Positions 9,849-18,607 of a DNA stretch of 64,000 nt are shown here, in pieces. The notes below the pieces were generated by a model. It did no database searches and was not told the DNA's origin. It saw only the letters and a program-made list of their open reading frames with translations. The stretch is from a virus: the IMG/VR virus record IMGVR_UViG_3300048920_000077; one strand, given 5' to 3'. Every line of letters starts with the position of its first letter. The first letter of the stretch is position 1. Position numbers and translations under genes: made by a program.

Positions 9849-12056
9849 TTAGTCCTTCATGTAGAACGGGCCAGTCCATCCAGCGCCGCCGAGGTGCATT
9901 CCTGGCGCCCATGACAGTGGGGCGGTCATATGCTCCTGCAGGCGTGGCAGCGTGTGATAGGTGTCCTTGCGTTGTTCGTGGCAGACGATTTCATCGTGGA
10001 TGTGCATGACGATTTTGAAGCCGTCGCGGGTGGCGCGGATGATACCGGCTTTCAGCACGTCGCGGGCAATCGCCTGTACGATGTTTTCCACCAGTTTCCC
10101 GCCGTGGGTGTACTGACGCGACCACTTACGGGTCTTCTGGTCCATACCCATGTACGACAACTGGTATTTCGTATACGACTCTTCGACGTAGTCCGTGACT
10201 TTGACGCGTTTCCCGTTGCCGTCGCGGACGATTTTTTCGACCTTGTTGCGGAAGGTGCGTTTGACCGGCAGCACTTTCGGGTCGAAATACCACAGGCGGC
10301 GGCCGGAAGGAAGACGAATCGCCAGGAACGGCTTACGGTACTCAAAAGTCACGCGGCCACACTGCACCGGCTGTTTCGTTTTGAGGCACTTAAACGCGGC
10401 CTGCTCCAGTTCGAACCACAGATCAACAATCTCCGGACAGAGTTCACGGAACACGCGAACGTGTTCTGCCGCTTCTGCCTGGGTCATGTCGACGCCCATG
10501 TTCTCCGCGTAGCCCCACAGTCCGGTACGGGTGAACGTTTCTGTTTCCATGCCGCCGCCGAGGCGGTAGCCGCAGCCGAGCGTCGCCGGTTTGGCCATGG
10601 AGCGTTCTGCCTTCGTGACCTCGTCGTAAGCCTTGTCGTACAGGTGCATGGCGAACGATTTGTAGATATCGCGCCCACTGGACAGCACTTCCTGGAACCA
10701 TTTGCAGTCCGACAGCCAGCCGATCACCACCGATTCAATCGACGCAAGGTCGCACACGCGGAATTCGTGGTCTTCCTCGGCGCGGAACGTAGAGCGGATG
10801 CAGCCGACGATGGCTTCCATTGGCTCTTTCATCCACAGGGACAATTCATCGTAACGGCCAGCACGGATGATTTCGGTGGTGGTGTTCAGTTTCCGGATGT
10901 CCCCGTCTTTCGGCTCCAGACATTTCGGGGTGCGGGGCAGGTTCTGCGCCTGTACTCTGCGCCCCGCCCAACGCTGAGTACGCTGCGCGCCCGCCATCTG
11001 GAACGCATAGCGAAAACGGCCGGCACGGGAAGCGTTGGCGATCGTGGTGTACTTTCCGTGACTGGTGGATGCCGCCCACTTGCGCTTTTTCAGCACGACG
11101 ATACAGTCTTCCGTCATCTTGTGGGAGAAGCGGTTGAGTGCGGTTTTAACGGATGCCGCTTTACAGTCAGGGAACGGATAGCCGCGTTTCTGCAGCCATG
11201 GCAATAACTGAGCCGTGGAGTTCGGGTTGGCCAGTCCGGTGATCTCGCGCAGTTCGTTGACCAGTTCTTCCTTGCGGCGGTCTTTCAGAACGATGGCGTT
11301 CTCGGCCATGCGCAAGTCGATTGGCACCCCGCGGTCGTTGATTTCCTGATCGATAGCGTATGTCGCCCACTCGGACGGCGGGATCGGGTATTTATCTGGC
11401 CGGTCCAGGCGCGAGGCGATACCCATCTCGGCCGCGACGTCCATGACGTTATACACGCAGTAGGCGAACCACTCTTCCGGATACTTAGCGGGGTCGCGGA
11501 ACATGCCGCCCACGTTCTTTCGCTGGCGCTCCGGAACCGGTACCGAGAAGAACTTAATCAGGTCTTTTCCGATGTCCAGTTTTGCCTGCTCTTTCAGGCC
11601 GACGGCCGCGCCAATCTGCGCCAGCGTACCGCCGAATCCCATCATGTAGGCCAGCACCATCGTACAGCGCCAGTCCTTGTAGCCGATGTTGTCGCCCAGG
11701 CCCATAGCGAACTTCGTGATGGTGCGTTCGAACTGAGCGTTGAAGGCGTGTTTCAGAACGTTAGGATCACAAAAAATCGCAATTAAGCGACTTGGGAATT
11801 TCCCCATTTCCACGTTCCAGTGGAACCAGTGATTACCGTCCGGCCTGATTTCGCACCATGTCGCCATAAGCGGGTGCGTGGATGGGTGGTTTGCGTATCT
11901 GTCCTGCCCGAACTTTTTCAGGTCTTCTTCTGAGCGCGTTTCATAGTCGATATAGATATCGCTCGGCAGGTTTTCGCAGTTGTGATAGTCCTGGCGTTTA
12001 GCGGGAAGAACGGCAAGTTTCTTCGCTATCTCCAGGGTCATTTCGCCAACAATCAT
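9849..12056 (-). CDS. family A DNA polymerase with N-terminal 3'-5' exonuclease
   Basis: 735 aa. Exo motifs IDYETRS and NAQFE. Pol A-type C-terminal region (...HIHDEIV...). GGAG lies 7 nt before the ATG. Confidence 0.9.
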   Translation of the reverse strand: MIVGEMTLEIAKKLAVLPAKRQDYHNCENLPSDIYIDYETRSEEDLKKFGQDRYANHPSTHPLMATWCEIRPDGNHWFHWNVEMGKFPSRLIAIFCDPNVLKHAFNAQFERTITKFAMGLGDNIGYKDWRCTMVLAYMMGFGGTLAQIGAAVGLKEQAKLDIGKDLIKFFSVPVPERQRKNVGGMFRDPAKYPEEWFAYCVYNVMDVAAEMGIASRLDRPDKYPIPPSEWATYAIDQEINDRGVPIDLRMAENAIVLKDRRKEELVNELREITGLANPNSTAQLLPWLQKRGYPFPDCKAASVKTALNRFSHKMTEDCIVVLKKRKWAASTSHGKYTTIANASRAGRFRYAFQMAGAQRTQRWAGRRVQAQNLPRTPKCLEPKDGDIRKLNTTTEIIRAGRYDELSLWMKEPMEAIVGCIRSTFRAEEDHEFRVCDLASIESVVIGWLSDCKWFQEVLSSGRDIYKSFAMHLYDKAYDEVTKAERSMAKPATLGCGYRLGGGMETETFTRTGLWGYAENMGVDMTQAEAAEHVRVFRELCPEIVDLWFELEQAAFKCLKTKQPVQCGRVTFEYRKPFLAIRLPSGRRLWYFDPKVLPVKRTFRNKVEKIVRDGNGKRVKVTDYVEESYTKYQLSYMGMDQKTRKWSRQYTHGGKLVENIVQAIARDVLKAGIIRATRDGFKIVMHIHDEIVCHEQRKDTYHTLPRLQEHMTAPLSWAPGMHLGGAGWTGPFYMKD

Positions 12057-12070
12057 TAGCCATCTCCGAT

Positions 12071-12098
12071 AAAAAAGCCGCCCCGAAGGACGGCTTTG
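12071..12098 (-). terminator. intrinsic terminator between the SSB-like gene and the DNA polymerase gene
   Basis: Minus-strand RNA reads GCCGUCC-UUCG-GGGCGGC followed by U6, immediately before the polymerase SD. Confidence 0.55.
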
Positions 12099-12110
12099 CT
12101 GGTGGTCAGA

Positions 12111-12797
12111 TTATAAAGCGTCTTCGTCATCGTCGTTGCTGTTGCTGCTCGACTGACGGCTGCCGGATGATTTCGGCTGCTGCTTCTCGAAGTATTCATC
12201 ATCTTCGTCATCGTCCCACGCGCCATCAGTGTCGATAGGTTCTTCACCCAGGCGAGTATCGTCGCGGCGCCACTTCACAGATACCAGACCGGCGTTCACA
12301 CGCTTGGCCGTCGTACCTTTTTTCTGGTCGCGGTAGTTCTGGCCCCATGGGCGGATCAGCATGTCGCAGCGGACGCCAGGGTAGAACAGGTCGCGCAGTT
12401 CTTTCGCTGAGTCGATTTCATCACCATCGACAGACAGGAAAGACGGTTTACGGGATTCGCTCGCCTTAATCTGGTACATACCGGCCAGTTCAGGTCGCAG
12501 GTCTTCATCGCCTTCAACAACGAACCATTTGTCTTTGCTGCATTTGCAGTCCTTGTCTTCCATGATCTTTTTAATCATGTCGACCAGGTATTTTTTAGAC
12601 TCCTGGAAACGGTCGGACTCGATCAGACCTTCCATGCCGTACTTCTCTACTTCGCCGCCGTCGTCACGGGTGAACTTCTGCGGTTTGTCAAAGTGCGGGT
12701 AGGAACACTTCACATCCAGAAACTTGACGTAGCCTTCTTTGTAGAAGATCACACCTTCTTTCGGGAATTTTTTCTCAACTGTCAGTTTACGGGCCAT
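12111..12797 (-). CDS. DUF2815-type phage ssDNA-binding protein
   Basis: 228 aa between the DUF2800 nuclease and PolA, which is a conserved module order. Acidic SSB-like tail ...SNSNDDDEDAL. Confidence 0.7.
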   Translation of the reverse strand: MARKLTVEKKFPKEGVIFYKEGYVKFLDVKCSYPHFDKPQKFTRDDGGEVEKYGMEGLIESDRFQESKKYLVDMIKKIMEDKDCKCSKDKWFVVEGDEDLRPELAGMYQIKASESRKPSFLSVDGDEIDSAKELRDLFYPGVRCDMLIRPWGQNYRDQKKGTTAKRVNAGLVSVKWRRDDTRLGEEPIDTDGAWDDDEDDEYFEKQQPKSSGSRQSSSNSNDDDEDAL

Positions 12798-12812
12798 GCT
12801 ATTTCTCCGGTA

Positions 12813-14147
12813 TCATCGTTGTGACGGGAAGTAGAAATCGTCTTCTTCGTCGTTCATGGCAGATTTAGTATCTCCGCCAATTTCAGGTCGTTTATCGCTT
12901 AGTGGCACCAGTGTAGGCGCGCCTTTCGTCGATTTCACAATCGGACTGAGGATTTTCGGAAGTTCCTTTCTCTTCAATCCGGTGGCCATGAGTGCTTCTT
13001 CCGCCTGGTTCGGAGAAATCATCTCCGTTTTCCAGATGTCTTCTTCACTCAATCCTGCCTCAAGCAGAATCTTAACGGCTTTTTCCTCGTCTGCAAACTG
13101 CCGGAAATTACGTCCATCCACCAGTTTGTATCCAGGGACATCACCGCCAGCTAATGCTCGTCTGGTTAGTTCAGTCTGTAGCGACTTGAACCAGTTTTCT
13201 ATCGTCGTCCGGTATTTCAGGACGTTGGCTAACTGCGCATTCGTCAACGATTGAGGCGTCTGGAACTGCAGGTAAAACAAGTCCTCGTCCAGGTCTTCTT
13301 TCAGTGTCTTAATCTGCGTGTCGGTGATGGGGAATTGCCCGTCCTCCGGGAATCGCAGTTCAAGAACCTGTCGTGCCATGGCCAGTCGAGCGGGGCAGGT
13401 CTGTCGGATACGGCAGAAACCACACTGTTTCACACCGGCCACCAGCGGGGCATCAAGTTTCCATGCCTCTGCTGCCTTGCGTTTAACCAGTTCGCCGAAG
13501 CCCATCAGTTCTTCGACGGTGCATTCCCACTCTTCGAAGTGGTCGAGTCGGGGTTGCACGATGCAGATTACGATCCGCTTGATGTAGTAGAAGTCACGAA
13601 TTTCCATGTACTTCGCATACGCGTAGATCAGCAACTGCGTGTTTTTGATGGCATCGACTTTAACCCCTTTCCCGTATTTCAGGTCGCGGATATAAAGCGT
13701 GTCACCGTCGATTGCACAAAAATCCAGTGTCCCTTTTTGGCCAGGCACCGGCGTTAACATCGAAAAGTCTACGCGGCTTTCTATGAACTTTTCGCCAGGG
13801 GTCATCATGCACACGTCGACATACTCTTCGACGTAGATGAACATCCCGCGCGTTATCTGTATCTCGAACCAGTCGGTGCCGTTCTCAATCCAGACCCACT
13901 CGCCTAACCGCTCTTTCGGCTTCCGGCCAGTGGTTAGCCATTGTTCCGCTAACTCATGCGCCACCGTTCCTTCGGCAGCAAAAATCCCGGTATCGTCTGG
14001 AGCCAAAATATTTGGAATCAACGAACCGGGACAGTTCATCCACCTGGACGAAGCGGACGGCGAGAATATCGAATGGTCGCCGTCCGCAAATCGTTCGTAG
14101 ATGGCCTGCAGACTTAGCGAATTACAGTTCTTCTTCGCTGTTGTCAT
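12813..14147 (-). CDS. DUF2800 / Cas4-like PD-(D/E)XK exonuclease
   Basis: N-terminal SPSASSRWMNCPGS together with C-terminal CGFCRIRQTC gives a Cas4/AddB-style four-Cys pattern. Confidence 0.75.
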   Translation of the reverse strand: MTTAKKNCNSLSLQAIYERFADGDHSIFSPSASSRWMNCPGSLIPNILAPDDTGIFAAEGTVAHELAEQWLTTGRKPKERLGEWVWIENGTDWFEIQITRGMFIYVEEYVDVCMMTPGEKFIESRVDFSMLTPVPGQKGTLDFCAIDGDTLYIRDLKYGKGVKVDAIKNTQLLIYAYAKYMEIRDFYYIKRIVICIVQPRLDHFEEWECTVEELMGFGELVKRKAAEAWKLDAPLVAGVKQCGFCRIRQTCPARLAMARQVLELRFPEDGQFPITDTQIKTLKEDLDEDLFYLQFQTPQSLTNAQLANVLKYRTTIENWFKSLQTELTRRALAGGDVPGYKLVDGRNFRQFADEEKAVKILLEAGLSEEDIWKTEMISPNQAEEALMATGLKRKELPKILSPIVKSTKGAPTLVPLSDKRPEIGGDTKSAMNDEEDDFYFPSQR

Positions 14148-14523
14148 CGGCGGTGTTGCCGTTGTCCAGGTCAGCGATCGCGGCGCAGATTGCGTCGTAC
14201 ACTTCTTTGGACTTGTCTTCCGGCACGTCAGCGATCGCGTCGTAGCCCAGTTCTTTGGTCAGCGCTTTCGCCGCCTTCATGTCGGTCGCGTTTTTATACT
14301 CGACCAGTTTCGCTTTCAGCGTGTCAGGATCAACCACTTCCGGTTTCGCTTTGCCGGTTGCTTTGCCGCCGGTTGCTTTACCTTTCGCGCCGCCGGTAGC
14401 CTTCTCGGTGGTCTTTTCGTTGCCAGCGTCAGTTGCGCCGCCGATGGTGCCGCCCGCTTTAATCAGCAGAGTCAGTTCTTTTACTGCAGCGGTGTTTTCC
14501 TGGATAGCTTGTTCGAGAGACAT
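14122..14523 (-). CDS. hypothetical protein, first gene of the leftward replication operon; Lys/Gly/Thr-rich centre, acidic tail ...DNSEEEL
   Basis: 133-aa ORF with GAAGGAAAA before the ATG. Lies downstream of the predicted promoter at 14589-14617. Confidence 0.55.
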   Translation of the reverse strand: MSLEQAIQENTAAVKELTLLIKAGGTIGGATDAGNEKTTEKATGGAKGKATGGKATGKAKPEVVDPDTLKAKLVEYKNATDMKAAKALTKELGYDAIADVPEDKSKEVYDAICAAIADLDNGNTADDNSEEEL

Positions 14524-14588
14524 TCGATTTTCCTTCTAAACGGTTAATTTTCGGTGTGTCCGGTAGGCTGTTTGCCGCCGGTGATTGA

Positions 14589-14617
14589 AAGATACGCCTG
14601 ACCGGAAAATACGTCAA
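14589..14617 (-). promoter_or_regulatory. sigma70-type promoter for the leftward replication/packaging operon
   Basis: Minus strand reads TTGACG-17 nt-TATCTT, preceded by an AT-rich UP-like tract (AAATTTTTAAATATTTTTCGAAAAAA). Confidence 0.5.
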
Positions 14618-14715
14618 CACTTTTTTCGAAAAATATTTAAAAATTTGTCGTCGGTACCGATCATGTCTGCCTCCGCGCGGGGTAATATAGCCTCGAATGT
14701 CTCTTATGCTTGCCT

Positions 14716-14733
14716 TTCTGGTACATCTGGTAC
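14716..14733. promoter_or_regulatory. two tandem copies of the 9-bp iteron (TTCTGGTAC, ATCTGGTAC) upstream of the HTH/primase operon
   Basis: Same 9-mer as the array at 17819-18127. Located about 40 nt before the HTH gene start. Confidence 0.5.
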
Positions 14734-14772
14734 ATCATCACGGAGATCGTAACCACCAATATGGAGTATCCA

Positions 14773-15057
14773 ATGTCACATTTACCGCTGCCAGACCACC
14801 TGAAAACCGCCGATGACGAAGGTGTTCTGCGTTTTGTTATTACGCGCGCGGGTCTGTATGCCATCAATTCTGGCTTAGTGAAGGAGATAGCGGAACACTG
14901 CGATTTACGTCCGGACGTGCTGTCCCGTTTCATGCGCGAAGGCCATTTCACCCCGCGCGCTGCCACGTTAATCGAAAGCAAACTGGGACGCCAGTACGTC
15001 CACTGGGAATGGCTCGTTAATCCGCGCGAATGCCTGAAAAACGGAGGCATTTATTAA
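14773..15057 (+). CDS. small HTH DNA-binding protein (Cro/YdaS-like)
   Basis: ORF 14710..15057 trimmed to the ATG at 14773 (GGAG-N6-ATG). The segment EIAEHCDLRPDVLSRFMREGHFTPRAATLIESKL looks like an HTH. TAATG coupling to the primase gene. Confidence 0.5.
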   Translation: MSHLPLPDHLKTADDEGVLRFVITRAGLYAINSGLVKEIAEHCDLRPDVLSRFMREGHFTPRAATLIESKLGRQYVHWEWLVNPRECLKNGGIY

Positions 15058-17687
15058 TGGCTAAAACTTCGCTTCATCAAGTCGGCGAAGACCTGGCCGT
15101 TAATGGCTACATCTTTACGCCGATCCGGCGGAAATTGAAGGCGCCGTTATTCAAAAACTGGACTACGAACGACTTCGAAGGAAACTGGGAAAACTGGGTT
15201 CTGCAACACGGTGATTGCGGGGCCGGCATCCTTACCGCCAAAAACCCTGCCGTCGACCTGGATATCCGCGACGAAGAACTCGTCGAGCACATGTCTGATT
15301 ACGTGGAACTGGTGTATGGCAGCGCGCCTACGCGTGTGGGTATGGAGCCGAAACGCCTGCTGCTGTTCAAACTGTCCGGCGCTAAATTCCAGACCATGAA
15401 ATCTGTCTGGCATGACGGCGACCCGAAAGACAAAAAGACCCCGAAACACGAAGTTCAGATCCTGGGGGATGGCCAGCAGTTCATCGCTTTCGGTATCCAC
15501 CCCGATACGAACAAGCCGTACAAATGGGTGGCCAATGGCGACCCGACAGAAGTAGACCATGATGCCCTGCCAACGCTGACCGAAGCGCAGGCGTTCGACA
15601 TCATCGCCGAGTTTGACCGCGAGTGTGCGAAACGCGGGTGGACTCACTCTATGGCCGTGCGCGGGCAGTCCCTGGGATGGGACGACGAGGACGAAGAGTA
15701 CGAAGAAGATGACTGGGTAAACTCCGCCGTCGACCAGTACAGCCAGTATGATGGTGATTACGATGAACTGGAGCGCAAAGTTATGCTGCTGCCGGGTGCG
15801 GAGGATTACCAGCAGTGGATTCGTGTCATCGCAGCGCTGCAGACCGGTGTGGAAGACCAGGACCGGGCATACGACATCGCCCTGAAATGGTCGGCGCAGG
15901 CCAATAACTTCGACCAGGATGCTTTCGACCAGAAGTGGGACGAGGGATTCAAGCACGATAAAAAGCGCCTGATCTCCTTCCGTTCGCTGCTGCAGGAAGC
16001 CAACGAAATCGAAGACCGCCAGCGCGCGGAAGCCGTCGAAACGCTTATCCCGAAATTCTCCGGCGCCACCAGCCGCGACGAGTGGGTGGAAGCCGCCAAC
16101 CATTTCCGCAAAGTCAAGATGTTCGGAATGGCGCGAATGGACGTTGTGAAGGTCGCCTGCGACAAATACAACGACCTCATGGGGCGCAAGCTGACTCCGG
16201 CGGAAATCAAGAAGAACCTGTCATACCGTATCGACCCCGACGACCTGCCAGGTTGGCTCATGCAGTGGTGTTTCAACCGCCAGACCGGCCTTTTCGTCAA
16301 CATTCGAAACGGCTCGTCCAGTAGCGTCCAGGCTTTCGACCTCGCCATGCGCCGCTACATGGTGGACGAAGATCCAGACACGACTCCGGCAAAACTGGCC
16401 ATGGATATTTACCAGGTTCCGGTGGTGGACGGCGTGATGTATAACCCGCTGGCGCACGGCGAAACGCCGAACGGCGAGTGGAAGCCTGTTCGTGAATGCG
16501 CGGGCCGGCCGGAGTTCTTCCGCTTCTTCGAATCCGACAACCTAGCCTACTCCGCGGATAATGGCCGCATCTTCCTGAATACCTTCCATCCGGACACGAT
16601 GGTGGATATGCCGGACGAATACAGCCAGCGCGACCTGAAAAACATCCAGATCATGAAGGACTTTTTCATGGTTCAGTTCCCGGACCACAAAGAGCGCGAG
16701 TACGTGATGGAATACTTCGCGTGGGCGATCAAAAACCCAGGGAAGCGAATCAACTACGCCCTGATCATCCACGGTTGCCCTGGTTCGGGTAAAACCATCA
16801 TCCGCGAGATGTTCCGCTGCATCCTGGGTGACGCGAACGTCGGCGAGGTAAGCAACTCCGACCTGCAGAGTAACTTTACGAAGTGGGCTGAGTCGGACAT
16901 CGTTAAATTCGTGGAAGAAGTGTCGGTGGTCGGCCACGGTTATGACGTGCTGAACAATATCAAGCCGTTCATCACTAACCCGATAATCTCCGTCCGCCGT
17001 ATGCGCGAAGACAGCCTGAAAGTGCGTAACACCGCCAGTTACATCATGGTGACGAACGACCCTGCAGCGCTGCCGATCGACGACAACGACCGCCGTTATC
17101 TGGTGGTGGCCAGTCAGTTCCAGGATAAGAAGCGCGACCTGATCCCGTTCCTGAAATCTGAGCCGAATTTCTTCAAACGGTTCGACCGCGCTTTCCGTCA
17201 ATCCGCTGGCGCGCTGCGCAAATGGTTCAGCGAATTCCAGTTCCGGAAAGACTTCAATCCTTCCGGTGGCCATGCCCCGATGGACACCATGGCGCGTGAA
17301 CGAATGATGGCTCTTTCGAAGGACGATTTCACCGATTCCGTGATGACGTGCGTAAGCGAAAACTCGACTCGCAACGTTTGCCGGGACATCATTTTCATGC
17401 CGGATTTGATGGCCTATCTCGATCGGGAAATTGAGAACTTTAAGGCTCCGAACTCGCGTTCGATTTCACGAAAAATGGAAGCGGCGGGATTCTATCGGGT
17501 GGCGTCCACGCACTCCGGTAAAGTTCGCATCGACGGAAAACTGGGACGCTGCTATTCACCTCAACCGAAGCATTTTGAACGCCCTGACGGTTCCCCGGAT
17601 GCCGATGAAATTCGTGCATGGCTCGATCGTCATAACGAAGCGAATGTACAGGAGGAAGACGAATTCGACGAAGATGACATGCTTTAA
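15057..17687 (+). CDS. bifunctional primase-polymerase (AEP) with PriCT-like middle domain and SF3/D5-type helicase
   Basis: N-terminal prim-pol pattern (AGILT...AVDLDIRD). A PriCT-like YQQWIRVIAAL region. Walker A HGCPGSGKT. Start at the ATG after GGAGG. Confidence 0.85.
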   Translation: MAKTSLHQVGEDLAVNGYIFTPIRRKLKAPLFKNWTTNDFEGNWENWVLQHGDCGAGILTAKNPAVDLDIRDEELVEHMSDYVELVYGSAPTRVGMEPKRLLLFKLSGAKFQTMKSVWHDGDPKDKKTPKHEVQILGDGQQFIAFGIHPDTNKPYKWVANGDPTEVDHDALPTLTEAQAFDIIAEFDRECAKRGWTHSMAVRGQSLGWDDEDEEYEEDDWVNSAVDQYSQYDGDYDELERKVMLLPGAEDYQQWIRVIAALQTGVEDQDRAYDIALKWSAQANNFDQDAFDQKWDEGFKHDKKRLISFRSLLQEANEIEDRQRAEAVETLIPKFSGATSRDEWVEAANHFRKVKMFGMARMDVVKVACDKYNDLMGRKLTPAEIKKNLSYRIDPDDLPGWLMQWCFNRQTGLFVNIRNGSSSSVQAFDLAMRRYMVDEDPDTTPAKLAMDIYQVPVVDGVMYNPLAHGETPNGEWKPVRECAGRPEFFRFFESDNLAYSADNGRIFLNTFHPDTMVDMPDEYSQRDLKNIQIMKDFFMVQFPDHKEREYVMEYFAWAIKNPGKRINYALIIHGCPGSGKTIIREMFRCILGDANVGEVSNSDLQSNFTKWAESDIVKFVEEVSVVGHGYDVLNNIKPFITNPIISVRRMREDSLKVRNTASYIMVTNDPAALPIDDNDRRYLVVASQFQDKKRDLIPFLKSEPNFFKRFDRAFRQSAGALRKWFSEFQFRKDFNPSGGHAPMDTMARERMMALSKDDFTDSVMTCVSENSTRNVCRDIIFMPDLMAYLDREIENFKAPNSRSISRKMEAAGFYRVASTHSGKVRIDGKLGRCYSPQPKHFERPDGSPDADEIRAWLDRHNEANVQEEDEFDEDDML

Positions 17688-17722
17688 CGATTTTCTGAAA
17701 TTGGCCAATTTTTGAAATCAGA

Positions 17723-17754
17723 TCCCTGGAGAAATCCGGGGATTTTCGTTTTTG
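17723..17754 (+). terminator. intrinsic terminator after the primase/helicase gene
   Basis: TCCCTGGA-GAAA-TCCGGGGA stem (one U-G pair) followed by TTTTCGTTTTTG. Confidence 0.55.
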
Positions 17755-17818
17755 TAGGCGTGAAAATTCACGTTTTTCGGCCATTTTTCGCGTGATTTTC
17801 CATGGTATTTTCGTGAAA

Positions 17819-18127
17819 GTACCAGAACACGAAAACTTCCGGTACAGGGTTAAGCGTATGATCTATAAGAGGAAATCGACTTCGTGCCGAGTGTACCAGA
17901 AAGGTTCAGTTACGCGTTATATATGAGATACGATCTATGTAGTGTGATCAGTCTTATTTAGACAGTGGAGTCTTAATGGAACCTTATAAACTTCTGGTAC
18001 TTCTGGTACTTCTGGTACTAATAAACTCTAAGTTATCGGAATATAAAGAAATTTTGTTGTACCAGAAACTGTACCAGAAACTGTACCAGAAGCCGTACCA
18101 GAAAGAGTTGTGCCGAAAGTACCAGAA
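17819..18127. repeat. iteron array: 10 exact copies of GTACCAGAA/TTCTGGTAC in opposing orientations around an AT-rich spacer (putative replication origin or regulator-binding array)
   Basis: Forward copies start at 17819, 17893, 18059, 18071, 18083, 18095 and 18119. Reverse copies start at 17992, 18001 and 18010. The AT-rich spacer is 18019-18058. No credible CDS. Confidence 0.75.
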
Positions 18128-18543
18128 CTTCCATGGAAAAGTGGCAGTGGAGCCATGGCCGATCCCGCAGATTTCCGTAAACCGCGGCTCTGCGCCCCCG
18201 CGGCATTCGAATGGGGCCGGGGAAGTACCTTTTGACCCCCATCAAGAATTCTTCCGAAATCGCCCCGCCACGACGCGCAGCTAGCCAGGCAGTACCATCG
18301 CATTACTTACTACGCGATCGCCTCGTCTGCCCCCCATAGCGGCGCTAGAATCGCTATCCTGATATACGTGTTATACGTGATATGCAGATATTCACCATGA
18401 TCGGGGTGATCATAGTGTGCGGCGGTGTTCTGTATGGGGTGATCTCTGAATGCTACGAATGAATAAAAACAGGCGGGACCAGTATCATGATCGCCACGTT
18501 GTACACGGCAACCACGAAAGCAAGGATGAAGGGCAAGCAATAG

Positions 18544-18574
18544 AAATAAAAAAGCCCGCCATGATAGACGGGCA
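18544..18574 (-). terminator. intrinsic terminator after the leftward accessory operon
   Basis: Minus-strand RNA reads GCCCGUC-loop-GGCGGGC followed by UUUUUUAUUU, 35 nt after the stop at 18608. Confidence 0.5.
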
Positions 18575-18607
18575 ATCGTGAAGCCAGATTAAACGAGGTG
18601 TTACTGA

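Noticed and set aside
12056-12247. 63-aa ORF (minus strand) overlapping the 3' end of the DUF2815 gene and the terminator.
   Set aside because: It is an out-of-frame overlap with a well-supported gene. Its sequence is Thr/Ser/Met-rich, and it spans the terminator hairpin.
18180-18260. TTCGAAT (T-loop-like) sequence that could mark a tRNA.
   Set aside because: The flanking bases do not form a T-stem, and no acceptor or anticodon stems can be drawn. I found no cloverleaf in any intergenic region of the window.
17976-18303. ORFs 17976..18284(+), 18028..18303(-) and 18033..18245(-) in the iteron region.
   Set aside because: Their sequences (LLVLLVLLVL, YQKLYQKLYQKPYQK, SGTVSGTVSGT) are simply translations of the 9- and 12-bp DNA repeats. 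There is no SD and the composition is not protein-like.
18382-18536. Two tiny hydrophobic ORFs on opposite strands that might suggest a type I toxin-antitoxin locus. They are 18382..18462(+), MQIFTMIGVIIVCGGVLYGVISECYE, and 18453..18536(-), a TTG-start ...PFILAFVVAVYNVAIMILVPPVFIHS.
   Set aside because: Neither has an SD or a recognisable promoter. The minus-strand ORF lies just downstream of a terminator and needs a TTG start. The evidence is hydrophobicity alone. Worth a look only if RNA-seq shows small transcripts here.
18310-18540. 76-aa ORF (minus strand) between the iteron region and the accessory operon terminator.
   Set aside because: The composition is His/Pro/Cys-rich and not protein-like. 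There is no SD, and it lies downstream of the operon terminator.
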